DNA of 63,148 nt, filler included, from Atractiella rhizophila (taxonomy: Eukaryota): NCBI GenBank assembly GCA_021432655.1. It is 8 parts of 8 records of this genome, joined end to end, with 100 filler letters (N's around TTAATTAATTAA, not from the genome) between each part and the next. Parts side by side here need not be neighbours in the genome. Positions count along the whole stretch, not along the records: positions 9,363 to 18,587 come from MU272121.1; positions 18,688 to 27,875 come from MU272122.1; 6 more parts are not named here. One strand, 5' to 3'. The translations under genes were made by a program, and so were the position numbers. Every line of letters begins with the position of its first letter. The stretch's first letter is position 1. The notes below the pieces were generated by a model, which made no database searches, was not told the DNA's origin, and saw only the letters and a program-made list of their open reading frames with translations. Below, piece by piece: positions 12,237-23,416 of the stretch.

Positions 12237-14359
12237 TCACCCCAGTCGCTCCCATTCGACGTTGAATGGCCCAAACTTTTGGCTCTTCAGCCACTTCCAA
12301 ACATTAGAGGGAGCAACTTCAAAATAATCCTCCAACTCCCATCCCAGATGTTTAAACAATAACCAGGTCATGTGCATGGAATCCGGAGTTTGCAAGACTT
12401 CGAAGTTCCAGGCAAGGTCCTTGGACTGTAAGGTGCTCTCGTCCATGAAGACGCCAACATTCGCCATCCCAAAATCCAGAAGGACGGGGTTCAAAACCCC
12501 TGATTCGCTACGATGGCAAATTATTTGATCTGGTCGCTGGTCGATATCCGTGTGGTTTACTCCAAGAAGTAACATGGCGCCAACAAGAGCCATCCCTTTG
12601 ATGTACTGGGAAAGAAGTAAACAGTTAGCAACAGATAGAAACATTTACGGACAAAATCTCGTTGATCCTCAAGTGGAAGGGATCCTAAATCTGCTTTATG
12701 GAGATGTGGTCCTTCAACCAGTTCAAGAAGATGAGCAGGTGCTCTGCTTCCATCGCTCAGCTCCAGCTATGCAGACATGAGCCAATATTACGAGAGACCT
12801 GTCAACATACCTCATAGAAGCCGTAAGATTTGGGAATGGAAGACCCCTGTAGTAACCGAAGAGCAGAATAAGCAGTCTGCTCGCGTCCCAATGACTCTGC
12901 TGCATCTGACCATCGTCGTACTCGATCCGATACCTCCTCGTCCAGTTCCCAAGCCGGGGAGGGAAACAGCCTTTCATCATAAATCTTCAGAACCAAACGA
13001 GTACCATTCAGCTCCATGTTTGGAATCGCCACCTCGTAAATTTGTCCCCAATACTTATCGCCGGACCTGATTGTTCGAAGGAGTTGAACAACATCTCCAT
13101 CGTTTAATCGAAAATGGGGAAGTGACTTTCGTGAATATGAAGATGCATGTAAAATGAGGTTTTGCCTGTAAAGAAGTATTGGGTCATCGGAACTGGTAAG
13201 CAGCATTGGGTCGGGAAAACTAGTGTCCACAACATCTGAGAGAAGAGAAATGATTCGAATGCTCTCTCCAGGTAACTGCAAAGTATCAAGCCATAACTTC
13301 CCTCTTTCCGATCGCTGCTGATGCCAACACTGGAGAGCCTTTCGAAAATCAAAGTTGGCATTCTGAACATCGAAGGAGTCAAGCTGTGAGGCTTTTGTGA
13401 TGCTAGTGAGATCAATTTGAGTCGAGGCAGATTTCGAAGCATCCCTTCGGCACCCAAGTACGGCTGTCCGAGGAAAATGAGGTTGTCCAATTCGATCGGA
13501 ATACCGGGTGCAGTCGCATACTTTGGCAAAGCCTTCAGATAGGAAGGTAAGCAAAGGAAGGTAAGGTTCATGATGAAAAGCATATTTGATGTCATAACTG
13601 CTGCATCGAAGGGTAACGGAACATTTCAAGTCGCAGAAAACGACCAGTGAGTTATCTAGTGTTGGGCCAGCGGCATTCTCGAGTAGTCGTAAGCAGTCTG
13701 TGGTAACGGGGGTAAGATTATCTGCCGCGACCCAGTCCATTTCGCAAAGTAAATTTGGAGGCTAAATATGCGAATCAGTTTTAATCAACGACACATTTGA
13801 CAACGAAATTACCAAGAGAAAAACAGTGATCAAGCAATCGTCATCATGAAAGAAGCGTGCAGAGTATATTTCAGCTGTAGGCAACATTGTGAACCGAAAA
13901 GGGTTATAAGGAGCAATCAAGCCTACACGTTACGCATTCAAAACGGACGCTGACGACGTCTAGACAATGGGCGGGATGAAGAAAAACGAGAAAATGGTTA
14001 ATGTCTTCTGAAAATGCCGATGCACACTGTGAGTCCCTGAACAAGATTAGAGGAGCTCATACTGCTAGCTGAAAGACCTACCTGAAGTTGCCCAACATCA
14101 AGACGTTCTCGTAGAACGGCGAGAACCTGAGAGAATGCAACGCTCGCAGTTCATTTCTGACACGATCCAAGTAGGTCACAGAGAAGAACCCGTCAGTTGG
14201 ATGCGAGGGGTAACTGAAATCATCTTTTGTTATGCACTTCCCTTGTTCTTTTAATGATTGTTTCACTTGAAACTGAGCCGGCAAAGGAGGATTGGTCGAG
14301 GGCGTCACTATCAGAGAAGGGTCTGGCTTAAGAAAGGCTTGGATGCGAAAATCTTCCAT
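12237..14359 (-). CDS. Lineage-expanded atypical protein kinase-like protein (spliced)
   Basis: WGQIYEV..LVLKIYDERLFP..REQTAYSALRLLQGSSIPKSYGFYE, HTDIDQRPDQII, VLLDFGMA; N-terminal exons approximate. Confidence 0.7.
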
Positions 14360-15469
14360 TTCGACAACACTGGGCTATAATAGTTAACATCTTTCATAGG
14401 AGGAATTGTATGTGGGATGATGCGTGAAAGACTGAGTACCCTTGTCGAACCGCGAGTCCGCCCAATCAAAAAAGACAAAGAGGGAGAAAAAAAAGCTTTG
14501 CACGCATTCATTTCAGGACAATGATGATTGGTCCTGAGTGAGGAGTATTTCGACTTCACTTAACGATGTCAAAGCGAACTGATCTCACAAAGTCAAACCC
14601 AAAGGGTTAGCAAGAAAAGGGGAATGGGACTTCTCGCTATAAGAAGTCCAAGAAAGCAATCCATATTATCCTGAAATGTGCGGATAGATCAAAGGATTTC
14701 TGCGTCGGTATACTCGGTTGACAAACCTGCGTCCTCGGAAAAGCTCCGTGTTGATTCTCAGTTCTCAGGAGCTTGGAATACATTGCGTCTGAAAACAATA
14801 CCAAATTCGTGTTGTCAAAGCCCTCAGGTACGCGAAGGGTTACGGAACGCCTCAGTTAACTTGACGGAGCTACAAACGACTTGTTTTACGCGTATTATCC
14901 CTGATCGCAGCAAAAAAGATATGTGGAATGAACAGTTGTGAAAGTCCGTTCGGCGCTTAACTTCTATCATTCGCTAGGCTTGGGTTCAATTGGATTTGAA
15001 AGGTTTTCGGGTTAATATCGCTGCCTAGAGATCAAAGACAAAGTAGAGCCTAAAAGTCGTGCAAGAATGTCGGATGTATTATGCAAGTTCGAATATGTGA
15101 CGAATGAACAATAAGTCTATTGAACAAAAGTAGGTGCTTCACATTTACTTCCTGGACGTTTGCAAGACAAGAGAAGGAAGCAGGTTCACGAAAGCGACCA
15201 AGAATCGTTGAAACAAAAGCTCACCAATATGCCTCCAAATTTACTCATATGCCCCGTGATGGCAGTTCCTCTTCTCGACCTTCTCTTCGTCGTTGTGATC
15301 TTGACAAATTGTTAGTGGTTGTCGATGTTTGCGACAAGCAAATCAAAGATCCGCAGCGAGTGCTCGCTTCAGTAGGAGCTCAGCAAAAGAACTGCAGTCG
15401 AGAGTGTAAAGCAAAGTGAAAAACTGGCCATGGAGTTCGAAAAAGGGAGAGCGATGCGAAGGGAGGGTT

Positions 15470-16070
15470 CACATGTACTATCCCCTCCCACGATATCCTC
15501 CGGTTGTCTGTGCATGCACTGAAGCCTTTCCAGAGTTACTGCGAGCAGTATCAAGCGTCGTGTCGAGCCACATCTATTTCTTCCTGAGACGCATGCCTGA
15601 AATACGGCCAAGTCCATTGTCCGAAGCTCAGGCCATCAACCAGCTGTCCGCTCTGCCACTTTGCGGATGAGGATCCCAGCGTTCACCACTTCAGGCCGCT
15701 CCCAGCACTCACTTCGCATTGGGCAGGAAGTTCACATGTCTTGGCCACTAGCACTACTGGCGAACGACAAGCCAACATGACAAGGAAGACGAAGATAAAT
15801 ATTCTACCTATGGCTCCATCAAATTTCACCTCCCACCTGCACCGCTTCGCGATCGTAGGTAAAGCATACCCAACCGTTTCTTCCGACGCAGACTTCGCTC
15901 ATCCTGCGTGGTAGAGAATGATGTTCTTGTCGCCTTATCGCAGCAATCAGGCGTCAATCTCTTCCTTCATCAAAGCTCCAGTAACATGCCCAAAAGGACT
16001 CGTTCCAGCTTCTCCGTAGCTTCAAGCTTTCTCACGGCTAAAATCCTTTCGCCCTGTTCGCACTACCTTT
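15470..16070 (-). pseudogene. Possible decayed coding sequence of unknown family
   Basis: Long protein-like frames (..GHVTGALMKEEIDA*LLR*GDKNIILYHAG*..; WQSGQLVDGLSFGQWTWPYFRH..DA*YCSQ*LWKG) interrupted by single TGA/TAA stops, with a GTGAGT..AAG intron-like segment. Confidence 0.25.
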
Positions 16071-16514
16071 GTCATCATGTTCAGCAACAGTCAGGAGGGA
16101 GGTGATTGAGTTCAAGTTCTACCGCTCGCTTGACACTAACATGTTCCCGCGCCAAATGCCTCCTGGCATCAGAATCGATGTCTAAAGGTGCGTAGATTTC
16201 TGAGGCAGAAGCACCAGCACTAATATCACGGAACGTTACCACAGTGACAGGCCCCGCTGCTCTATCGGAGCTTTCAATATTGTAGTGTGGACGCCAAAAC
16301 GAGTTCTTGCGTGACGCTGGGTGGAGACGAATGGATTGCAAGTTGACTGTCACGTCAATTCGCCGAAAACAGGCCAGACCAGAGCACTTCCCCTTTCCAG
16401 GAGCTTCACGACTTCCACGAGGATTTGAAGTATAAAAGTGCATCATACTCTATCGATCAAACCCATACGTTCAGCGTCAGCGCAATATAGTGGTACGAGT
16501 ATCAGAAGACGAAG

Positions 16515-18079
16515 ATGCTTTTGTTCTCCATCCTTGCTCTCGCCACGGCCACGGTCGTCCCGAACCAGAAACGTCAAGCCACGACCTTGAAGGCTGCTGC
16601 TGGAGCTTCGCCTTATGTCGGAGCAGCAATCGCTAATTCTCACCTCTCCGAGTCCGCCTATGCCACAACTGCGGCTAGGGACTTTAATATCTTCACTCCA
16701 GAGGTAAGCAAGCCCGCAGTGTTCCTTCACACTACTCCCTAGAACTTTTTGTCTGCCTTTGTTTCGTTTTGCTAAAGCTTGACCTCATAGAACGAGATGA
16801 AATGGGACGCGACGGAGCCTCAGCAAGGTGTGTTCAACTTCGCGGCAGCGGATAACATCGTCAAGTATGTCTCAGTAGCTTCCCTCTTGCCCTTCTTTGA
16901 CGGGAACATGAAACTAGTTTTGCTTTGAACAACGGAGCGAAGGTCAGAGGTCACACGTACGTCTGGTCGTGTACTGCGGATGACTTGAGTTTGCTCTTAA
17001 TGAATAAAACAGATTCGTCTGGGCTAACCAGCTCCCTTCTTGGGTAAGCGGTCTGAGCGCGAGTCAGCTGGATGCGGCCTTAAAGAATCACATCACTCAA
17101 GTGATGACGCACTACAAGGTTGCACATCCCTTCTTTCCCCGCAATGATGATACTTAATCCTGCGTCTAGGGGAAAATATACGCCTGGGATGTCGTCGTTC
17201 GTGTTTTTTCCCACCGTTTTGCAGGTTAAAAGAAATTGGTCTCGTTTTTATTTTAGAATGAACACATTGGAGAGAACGGCGCCATTAAGGACACCATTTG
17301 GAGTAGGGCCTTCGGAATAGACCTCTTTACGAAATCCTTGACTTATGCCAGGTTTTTCCCTCTTATCTCTTCCTACAACATATAACAACGGAGATGTAGG
17401 GCTGCTGATCCTGCGGCGAAGCTGTAGTACGTCCTCCCCGTCCAACCAACATAAACAGTGCTTGACGGAGCAAATTCGCAGTATCAACGATTGTGTGTTC
17501 ACTTTCGGAAGGAGCCGCCTTTGACTCTAATGTTTGTACAGATAACATCGAAGGACAGAATGCGAAATCAGATGGATTGTACAACGTCGTGAAACAGCTT
17601 CAAGCCAAAGGTGCATTTTGCTTTCTAACAATCGCGCAATCTCATACCTTTCCCTGTGACAGGTGTTCCTCTCGATGGCATCGGGTTCCAATCTCACTTT
17701 ATCAATGGTCAAATACCGAGCACGCTCAAAGCCAACCTCGCTCGTTTCTCAGCGTTAGGCCTACAAGTGGCAATCACCGAGCTGGATATCCGTCAGCAGA
17801 CCAGCGCGAGGAACGACGCGCTGCAAGCCACGAATTATAGAGATGTTGTCAATGCTTGTCCTCAATGCGTCTCCATCACGGTGTGGGGGGTACGGTCCTC
17901 TCTTTCTCTCATGCGACACTCTGCGTTTCTAACCAGACCAATCTCTGAAGGTCACAGACAAATATTCTTGGATCCCGAGCACGTTTTCTGGTTATGGTGC
18001 TGCGCTGCTTTACGATGAAAATTATAACAAGAAGCAAGCGTGGACTGCTACGAGAGACGCTCTCGCTGCTCAAGGATGA
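16515..18079 (+). CDS. Secreted GH10 endo-1,4-beta-xylanase
   Basis: Signal peptide; spliced [28 protein letters not shown] (acid/base Glu), [26 protein letters not shown] (nucleophile), TVWGVTDKYSW; TATA box at 16431; about 10 introns. Confidence 0.95.
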
Positions 18080-18233
18080 GAGAATATCCACAGCTCAAGT
18101 CGAAATTGAATTTATCCAAAGCTTTGTGCAAATCTACTCGTCTCGAAACGGGTGCGGTTACTCATGGAATTGATATACGATTTTTCTTCAATGGATGTAC
18201 ATGCACATAAGCCTTTATGAGCTGGTTTATTTT

Positions 18234-18587
18234 CTACGCTTCCATCTTCGAGCCTTCCACTCGCTCTTCCTGCTCTTTCTCCCAGGCGTCCGAGCTTGAA
18301 GACATCGACATGCTCTTTGCTTCTTCATCTTCCCTCACGTCCTTTCTCTCTCCGTCGTTCACCTCTCTTCCGCCATTGGTTGCAGAGCGGTCGTAACCCC
18401 AGAGCTTGTCCATGTCCTCCAGCGAGACCCCCTTCGTTTCCTTAATGAAGAAATATACCCACGTTGTTCCAACCAGAGTACATGATCCAAAGAACAGGAA
18501 CGGTCCATACGATTTGAAAGATTCGAACATGTACGGCGTCGCTCGAGTGATTGCGAATTGTCCGATCCATTGGAAGCAAGTGGTCAC
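18234..18587 (-). CDS. Sugar porter (MFS, quinate/hexose-type) C-terminal fragment
   Basis: QWIGQFAITRATPYMF..YGPFLFFG..YFFIKETKGVSLEDMDKLW; truncated by linker. Confidence 0.85.
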   Translation of the reverse strand: MTTCFQWIGQFAITRATPYMFESFKSYGPFLFFGSCTLVGTTWVYFFIKETKGVSLEDMDKLWGYDRSATNGGREVNDGERKDVREDEEAKSMSMSSSSDAWEKEQEERVEGSKMEA

Positions 18588-18687
18588 NNNNNNNNNNNNN
18601 NNNNNNNNNNNNNNNNNNNNNNNNNNNNNNNTTAATTAATTAANNNNNNNNNNNNNNNNNNNNNNNNNNNNNNNNNNNNNNNNNNNN
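18588..18687. other. Artificial contig linker
   Basis: N-TTAATTAATTAA-N, 100 nt. Confidence 0.99.
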
Positions 18688-18987
18688 TGAACAAAATGAG
18701 GAACTTTGATTGTGATGCATCACATTCTCACCCACTATTTCGATTTTCACACCATCCACGACTCTGTCCCTTTCGTTTGCTTGGATTTTTAGTGCTCTTT
18801 TGTAATTAATGGACTTTTCACTTTTCTTGATGAGGATCTCACGATACCCTCAATGTTACCCAACGCCAAAAGATTAAAACTTCCCATTACTGCACCTGAA
18901 GTAAGCTGGAGCATGAAGGTACTGCACATGTAATAAGTCAGGACGGATACATCATACTGTATTGGCATCCAATGACGCCTTTTTTGC

Positions 18988-21809
18988 TCAACCACTCTTC
19001 GCTTTCTCAGCCGCCTCTGCCGCCTCACGCTCACGGTGCCACTACAAATTGATTAGCGAATCAAATATGGGAGAATAAGGTGAGCACTGACGGCCATGGT
19101 AATCTTGACCGCTTCCTCCATCGTTACCAATGGTTCATAACCAAGGAACAACCTCGCCTGCACATCATCATTAGCCTAGCAAGAGGAAAGGAATAGGAGA
19201 AAGAAGCGCACCTTCTCAATGTTGAAATACCGATCGACAGTCATATAAGTGGCCGTCGCTCTTGTCAACGGCGCAGGCTGTCCCTTCAACCAACTCGCAA
19301 CCTCTCCTCCCGCTCCAATAAACCAACTCAGGAATGCGGGAACGGCCGTGATTTTCTTTGGGGAGAAACCATTGTAGGCCTTCCACAAGCTCCTAGCGAA
19401 ATCCCAAAAGTAGATTGGCTCTCCATTGGTGATCAAGTAGACTTGACCAGCAATGGGAATTGGAGCATCGGGTTCGGGATAGTAAAGGTCAAGGGAGGCT
19501 GGGTGGAATTGATCGAACCTGTTCCGTGAGGAGGGCAGAGGGGGATCGATGGGAAAGGAGGATGAGAGGGCCTGAGACACAGTGTATGAAGGCGGTGGAA
19601 GTGTTTGAGAATTCTCGTTCACGAGCGTGAAATCGTGGCTTTCGCTGTCGGAGGATTGATCGACGCCTTCCACCGTCCTTGAGTTGGGCATAGGACGTCT
19701 TTCCCATCCGATGTCGATGTCTTTTGAGCGTTCATCGAAGATGGACCAGTCCGTGATATACTTGTCCAGCTTCTCCATGGCGAGCAGGTGGCCATGGACG
19801 AGGTTGTCAACGAAGGTAAAATCTTGAAGATTATCATTGGAGCCGATCTGGAAGCCGGTTTGGCCATTGTGGAGCGCCTGAAGTATGCGATAGGACACTT
19901 GACGGTCGCCAGGTCTACAAGCTCATGAGTTACGACAACTGGGCAGATACTGAGACCTACCCAAAAATGCCGGACGGACGAATAGCGCAAGTCAACAAGC
20001 CATCTTTTCCGTTCGCAGCGATGACGGCTTGCTCGGCTAAAGCCTAGAAATGGAGGTCAGTGAGAACGCAAGGATTATGACCGGTTTGACTTTTGACAGA
20101 AAGCGAAATGTACACGATCTAGAGAAGATAATCTAAGGATTACCCTCGAATCTGTTCAACACGTACGTGGCTGACCAATTCGCAATCGTGGATCTGAAAG
20201 GAGATTTGGGAGAAATTCTGCTCTCAAATCTTTCAAAGCGTATAACCCCCAAGAGAACTTGTAAGAGGAAATGTGGCACAACTTTAGTTCTGAGCTGGAA
20301 TACAACGATACGCCTTCAGATAAAAGCTTTGAAAGACATTATTTGAATGATTCCGAACATCCAACCAAACGTAGTCACACGAAGTTGGAAGAGAGAGAGG
20401 CATCTCAAGCATTCTGCAGCTTGTTTTATTGTGTGATTGAACAATCTCGCTCAACCTTCGATCTAGAGAAGGCAAGTTGATTGCAAATCAATACAATATC
20501 TTGAGTTGTCCATAACTTCTCAGGTACCTTCGCGAAGTATTCGGTACCACAGTGTAGGATGGCACTTGAGCCCCGTTCACAGGTCAACGGCCCGCCTGCA
20601 CATACGATGTACAATAAAGATCAAGCGGTCACCAACTGTAAACTTTTTGGGTAGAGCAAGACAATTCTACAAGATGGTAAGTGTAAACGACTATCAACCA
20701 GAGCTGAGCATTAGAACACGACGGGCGAGACTCATGCTCCTTGACTTCTTGAGTGCGATCACAAGCTCGCGTTCATCTGAATCAGGGAATCAAACTGGAA
20801 CTCTTCAAGTGTTGCAGTCGACGATGACTTCTAGATGAGCGTTGAGCTTTAGTGATGATTGAGTGCTGCGTTATCAGCTTTAAATCCAATATAATATGCG
20901 CCGAAGCTACAGTAATGTACTAAATAACGGTGATGCCAACACTCCATGACAACTCACTCAACAATTGTCAAATTGCTTCTGTTCAAACTCAAGAACCCAA
21001 CATGAAATTACTAAGGGCACAACTCTGGTCTTGCGTTCTTTCCAGTATTGCACTCATAAGGGAGAAAGAGAAAGGAGCTGTCTTTCCTCCACGGTTTCAT
21101 GTGAATTATTCACTCCTCAATGACACCCAAAAATCATCAGATGCAAGACTCTTCACGTTGAAGGTTACGATGGCCAAAAATGGCTGTCAGACAACATTAT
21201 TTGTGCCTGTCCAAGTAAATAATGGTACGCCATTTTGAACGTACTATGGGCGGAGACGAAAAGTAAGAAAAGATTCTGAAATTCACACATTTCTCTCTCT
21301 TTCTCTCGCCTTCAGATACTAGACACTAGACGTACCTTTGTCCTGTTATAATCATCCGGCCAAGCATCCGGATAGGGAACCCTCTCGTCCACATTCCTCA
21401 ACCCCACCCCAGAATCCAACACCTCATTCCCCAACACGACCCCACTCGAGCTCGTATACACAAACTTCCTAGCCCCACGCTTCACACACCAAGCGATAGT
21501 ATGTTCCGTCCCCTTCACATTCACAGCGTCGCAAATCTCCTTTCCGCTAGCCAGGTGCGGAGAAGCGGTATGGAACACGACGTTGGGGTGCGGATCGAGT
21601 TTGAGGTCTTCGAAGGGCTGGGTCAGGTCCAGTTTGTGGTATGTGCACCGAGGAGGAAGCGGGCTGGTGGCTGGCGCGGGGAAGAGGTCGAGGGAGTAGA
21701 TGGTCGCTGTGGGGTAGCGGGAGGAGAGCGCCTTGAGCAGGTTTCCGCCGAGGAAGCCGCTGCCGCCGATGACGGCGTAGACTTCGGGTGGAGAGGGGTT
21801 GTAGGGCAT
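18988..21809 (-). CDS. ERG26: C-3 sterol dehydrogenase (3-beta-HSD family); 1292-nt first intron
   Basis: VIGGSGFLG, VFHTASP, VNVKGT, FVYTSSSGV, YNRTK|ALAEQAV (YxxxK), CAIRPSGIFG|PGDRQ, QIGSNDNLQDFTFVDN, GQVYLITNGEPIYFWDF; intron 1 20044-21335. Confidence 0.9.
20271..20838 (+). CDS. Putative nested antisense ORF inside the ERG26 intron (hypothetical)
   Basis: ATG 20271, 67 codons, GC-AG intron 20472-20523 with in-frame continuation, further GTAAGT..TAG segment 20677-20714; no recognisable homology. Confidence 0.3.
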
Positions 21810-22885
21810 CGTCCTGAGTGGAAGAGGGCGACTTGGAGTGGCTCAAATACGTGGCTGGCGGAGCGAAGCAACAATCCTCAGAATGCTGGATGCATCAACC
21901 AGCTTCAACTGAGTTGGAAGTGAGTAGTTTATTTGATCTTGTAATTCGTGTAGCAAGTTCATGAGCAAGGTCGGGCAACGTAGCTGGTGTAGAACAGGTT
22001 GAAATAAGACCATTAATGCAATGGAGGCATTTATAAAGGTGTTTCGAAAGAAAGAACATGCTTGTGCGCAATTCACTCGGTTGCGACAAGGGGTACCCCA
22101 GTTCAGTATAAACACGTTGGTAGTATCAAAGATATGGAATGCTGTTCTCTAACTCTATGGTTAGTTTACATGATAATGTTGACGGAAAAGCATAATACTG
22201 CTCTAAAACGAGTTATCACGTGTTTTGTAGCAACATCTCATCTCCCACACTACGAATGGAGGAGAAGGCGTCTAAAGCTGAGAGGAAGGAGCTTACCATA
22301 TAAGGGGAGAGAGGCAGCTACGTTTATCTACAAAGTTAGGCAACTGATGCGACAGAGCTTTCCAAGACCATTATCTAAACCCATTGTAAATCACTGCCTA
22401 AAAGAACAAATGATTCTTTTAACTCTCTCCGTTATTGTTCCATCAGTGAAGAACAATACACGAGACAAAGCCGACCTTGTCACAGAATATATTTGCAGTC
22501 CGCTTTGGTACGCTATTTCATGGTCCTTGGATCACTCTAAGCTAGAGGTATCTACATTTACGGTTTTAGGACAGATGCTTGATTCTGTCCCGCTGTAAAG
22601 TGCATCTACCGCCCGTATTTACTCAACGCGCCTAAGCACGCCTGGAAAGCGAGGTGTTTAAACTCTGCTACTGTTTGTATGATGACAACATCGAATAATA
22701 TTTCCTAAAAGTACACTATCTCGAACCCTGGAACTTACGCTAGGATTTATGCCACTATTTACACCCGAATACCGGATGCCTCAGTATGGTCAACATGTTA
22801 ACATGTTTTGAATTGCCCTTTTATTAATGTTTGTCATAGTTGCTCCCCAGAACAAATTAAAAATTAAGTTGCTTACCTCCGCCTT

Positions 22886-23137
22886 TCAATGTTTCCCTCC
22901 AGTTTTACCTCCCCTCACCGCCCTCGGCCTCCCCCCTTTCTCTCCGCTCCTTCTCGTGCCCATCCCATGAATAGATCCTCGTCCTATAGAACCGTTAGAG
23001 CCGCTTCCCCTCCTCGGATTCGATCCAGGAATCGTGGACAAGATGTCGTTGCTCTCCCCTCGGAGACGACGAGCCAGGAGGATATCTTTTGGCATTACTG
23101 TGACGCGTTTCGCATGGACGGCACATAAATTTAGATC
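22886..23137 (-). pseudogene. Histone H3 C-terminal fragment with novel Gly/Arg/Lys-rich extension
   Basis: [28 protein letters not shown] (23137-23054) matches H3 alpha2-end/L2/alpha3; no H3 N-terminal part seen upstream. Confidence 0.7.
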
Positions 23138-23416
23138 CAAAATCGTCCATTGTCCCTTGAAAATCAGAGAGCACGGTGAGGCAGTTAAGAGGCGAAGATC
23201 ATCGAACTTTTCGTTGTTGAGAAGCGCCTGCTCCAATTCCATCCAGGCTTGGAGGTTCTGTCTGGGCCCAGATACCTTCCGTAGATATCATGGAACAGGG
23301 TGATCTTCATACAAGTCTCTATTCAGGCAGGAACAAGATGCACTAACAAACCGGACGGAATGAAGGAAGACTAACGAAGAAACAATGGTGGGACAACTCC
23401 TCCTCGAACTATCCAT

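Noticed and set aside
16033..16043. GGCTAAA XlnR-like site upstream of the xylanase
   Set aside because: Single short match, and XlnR is an ascomycete regulator
22062..22598. 178-aa ORF in an AT-rich region
   Set aside because: No recognisable domain or splice structure; likely spurious
22700..22790. tRNA B-box-like GGTTCGAG on the minus strand
   Set aside because: No cloverleaf can be folded around it
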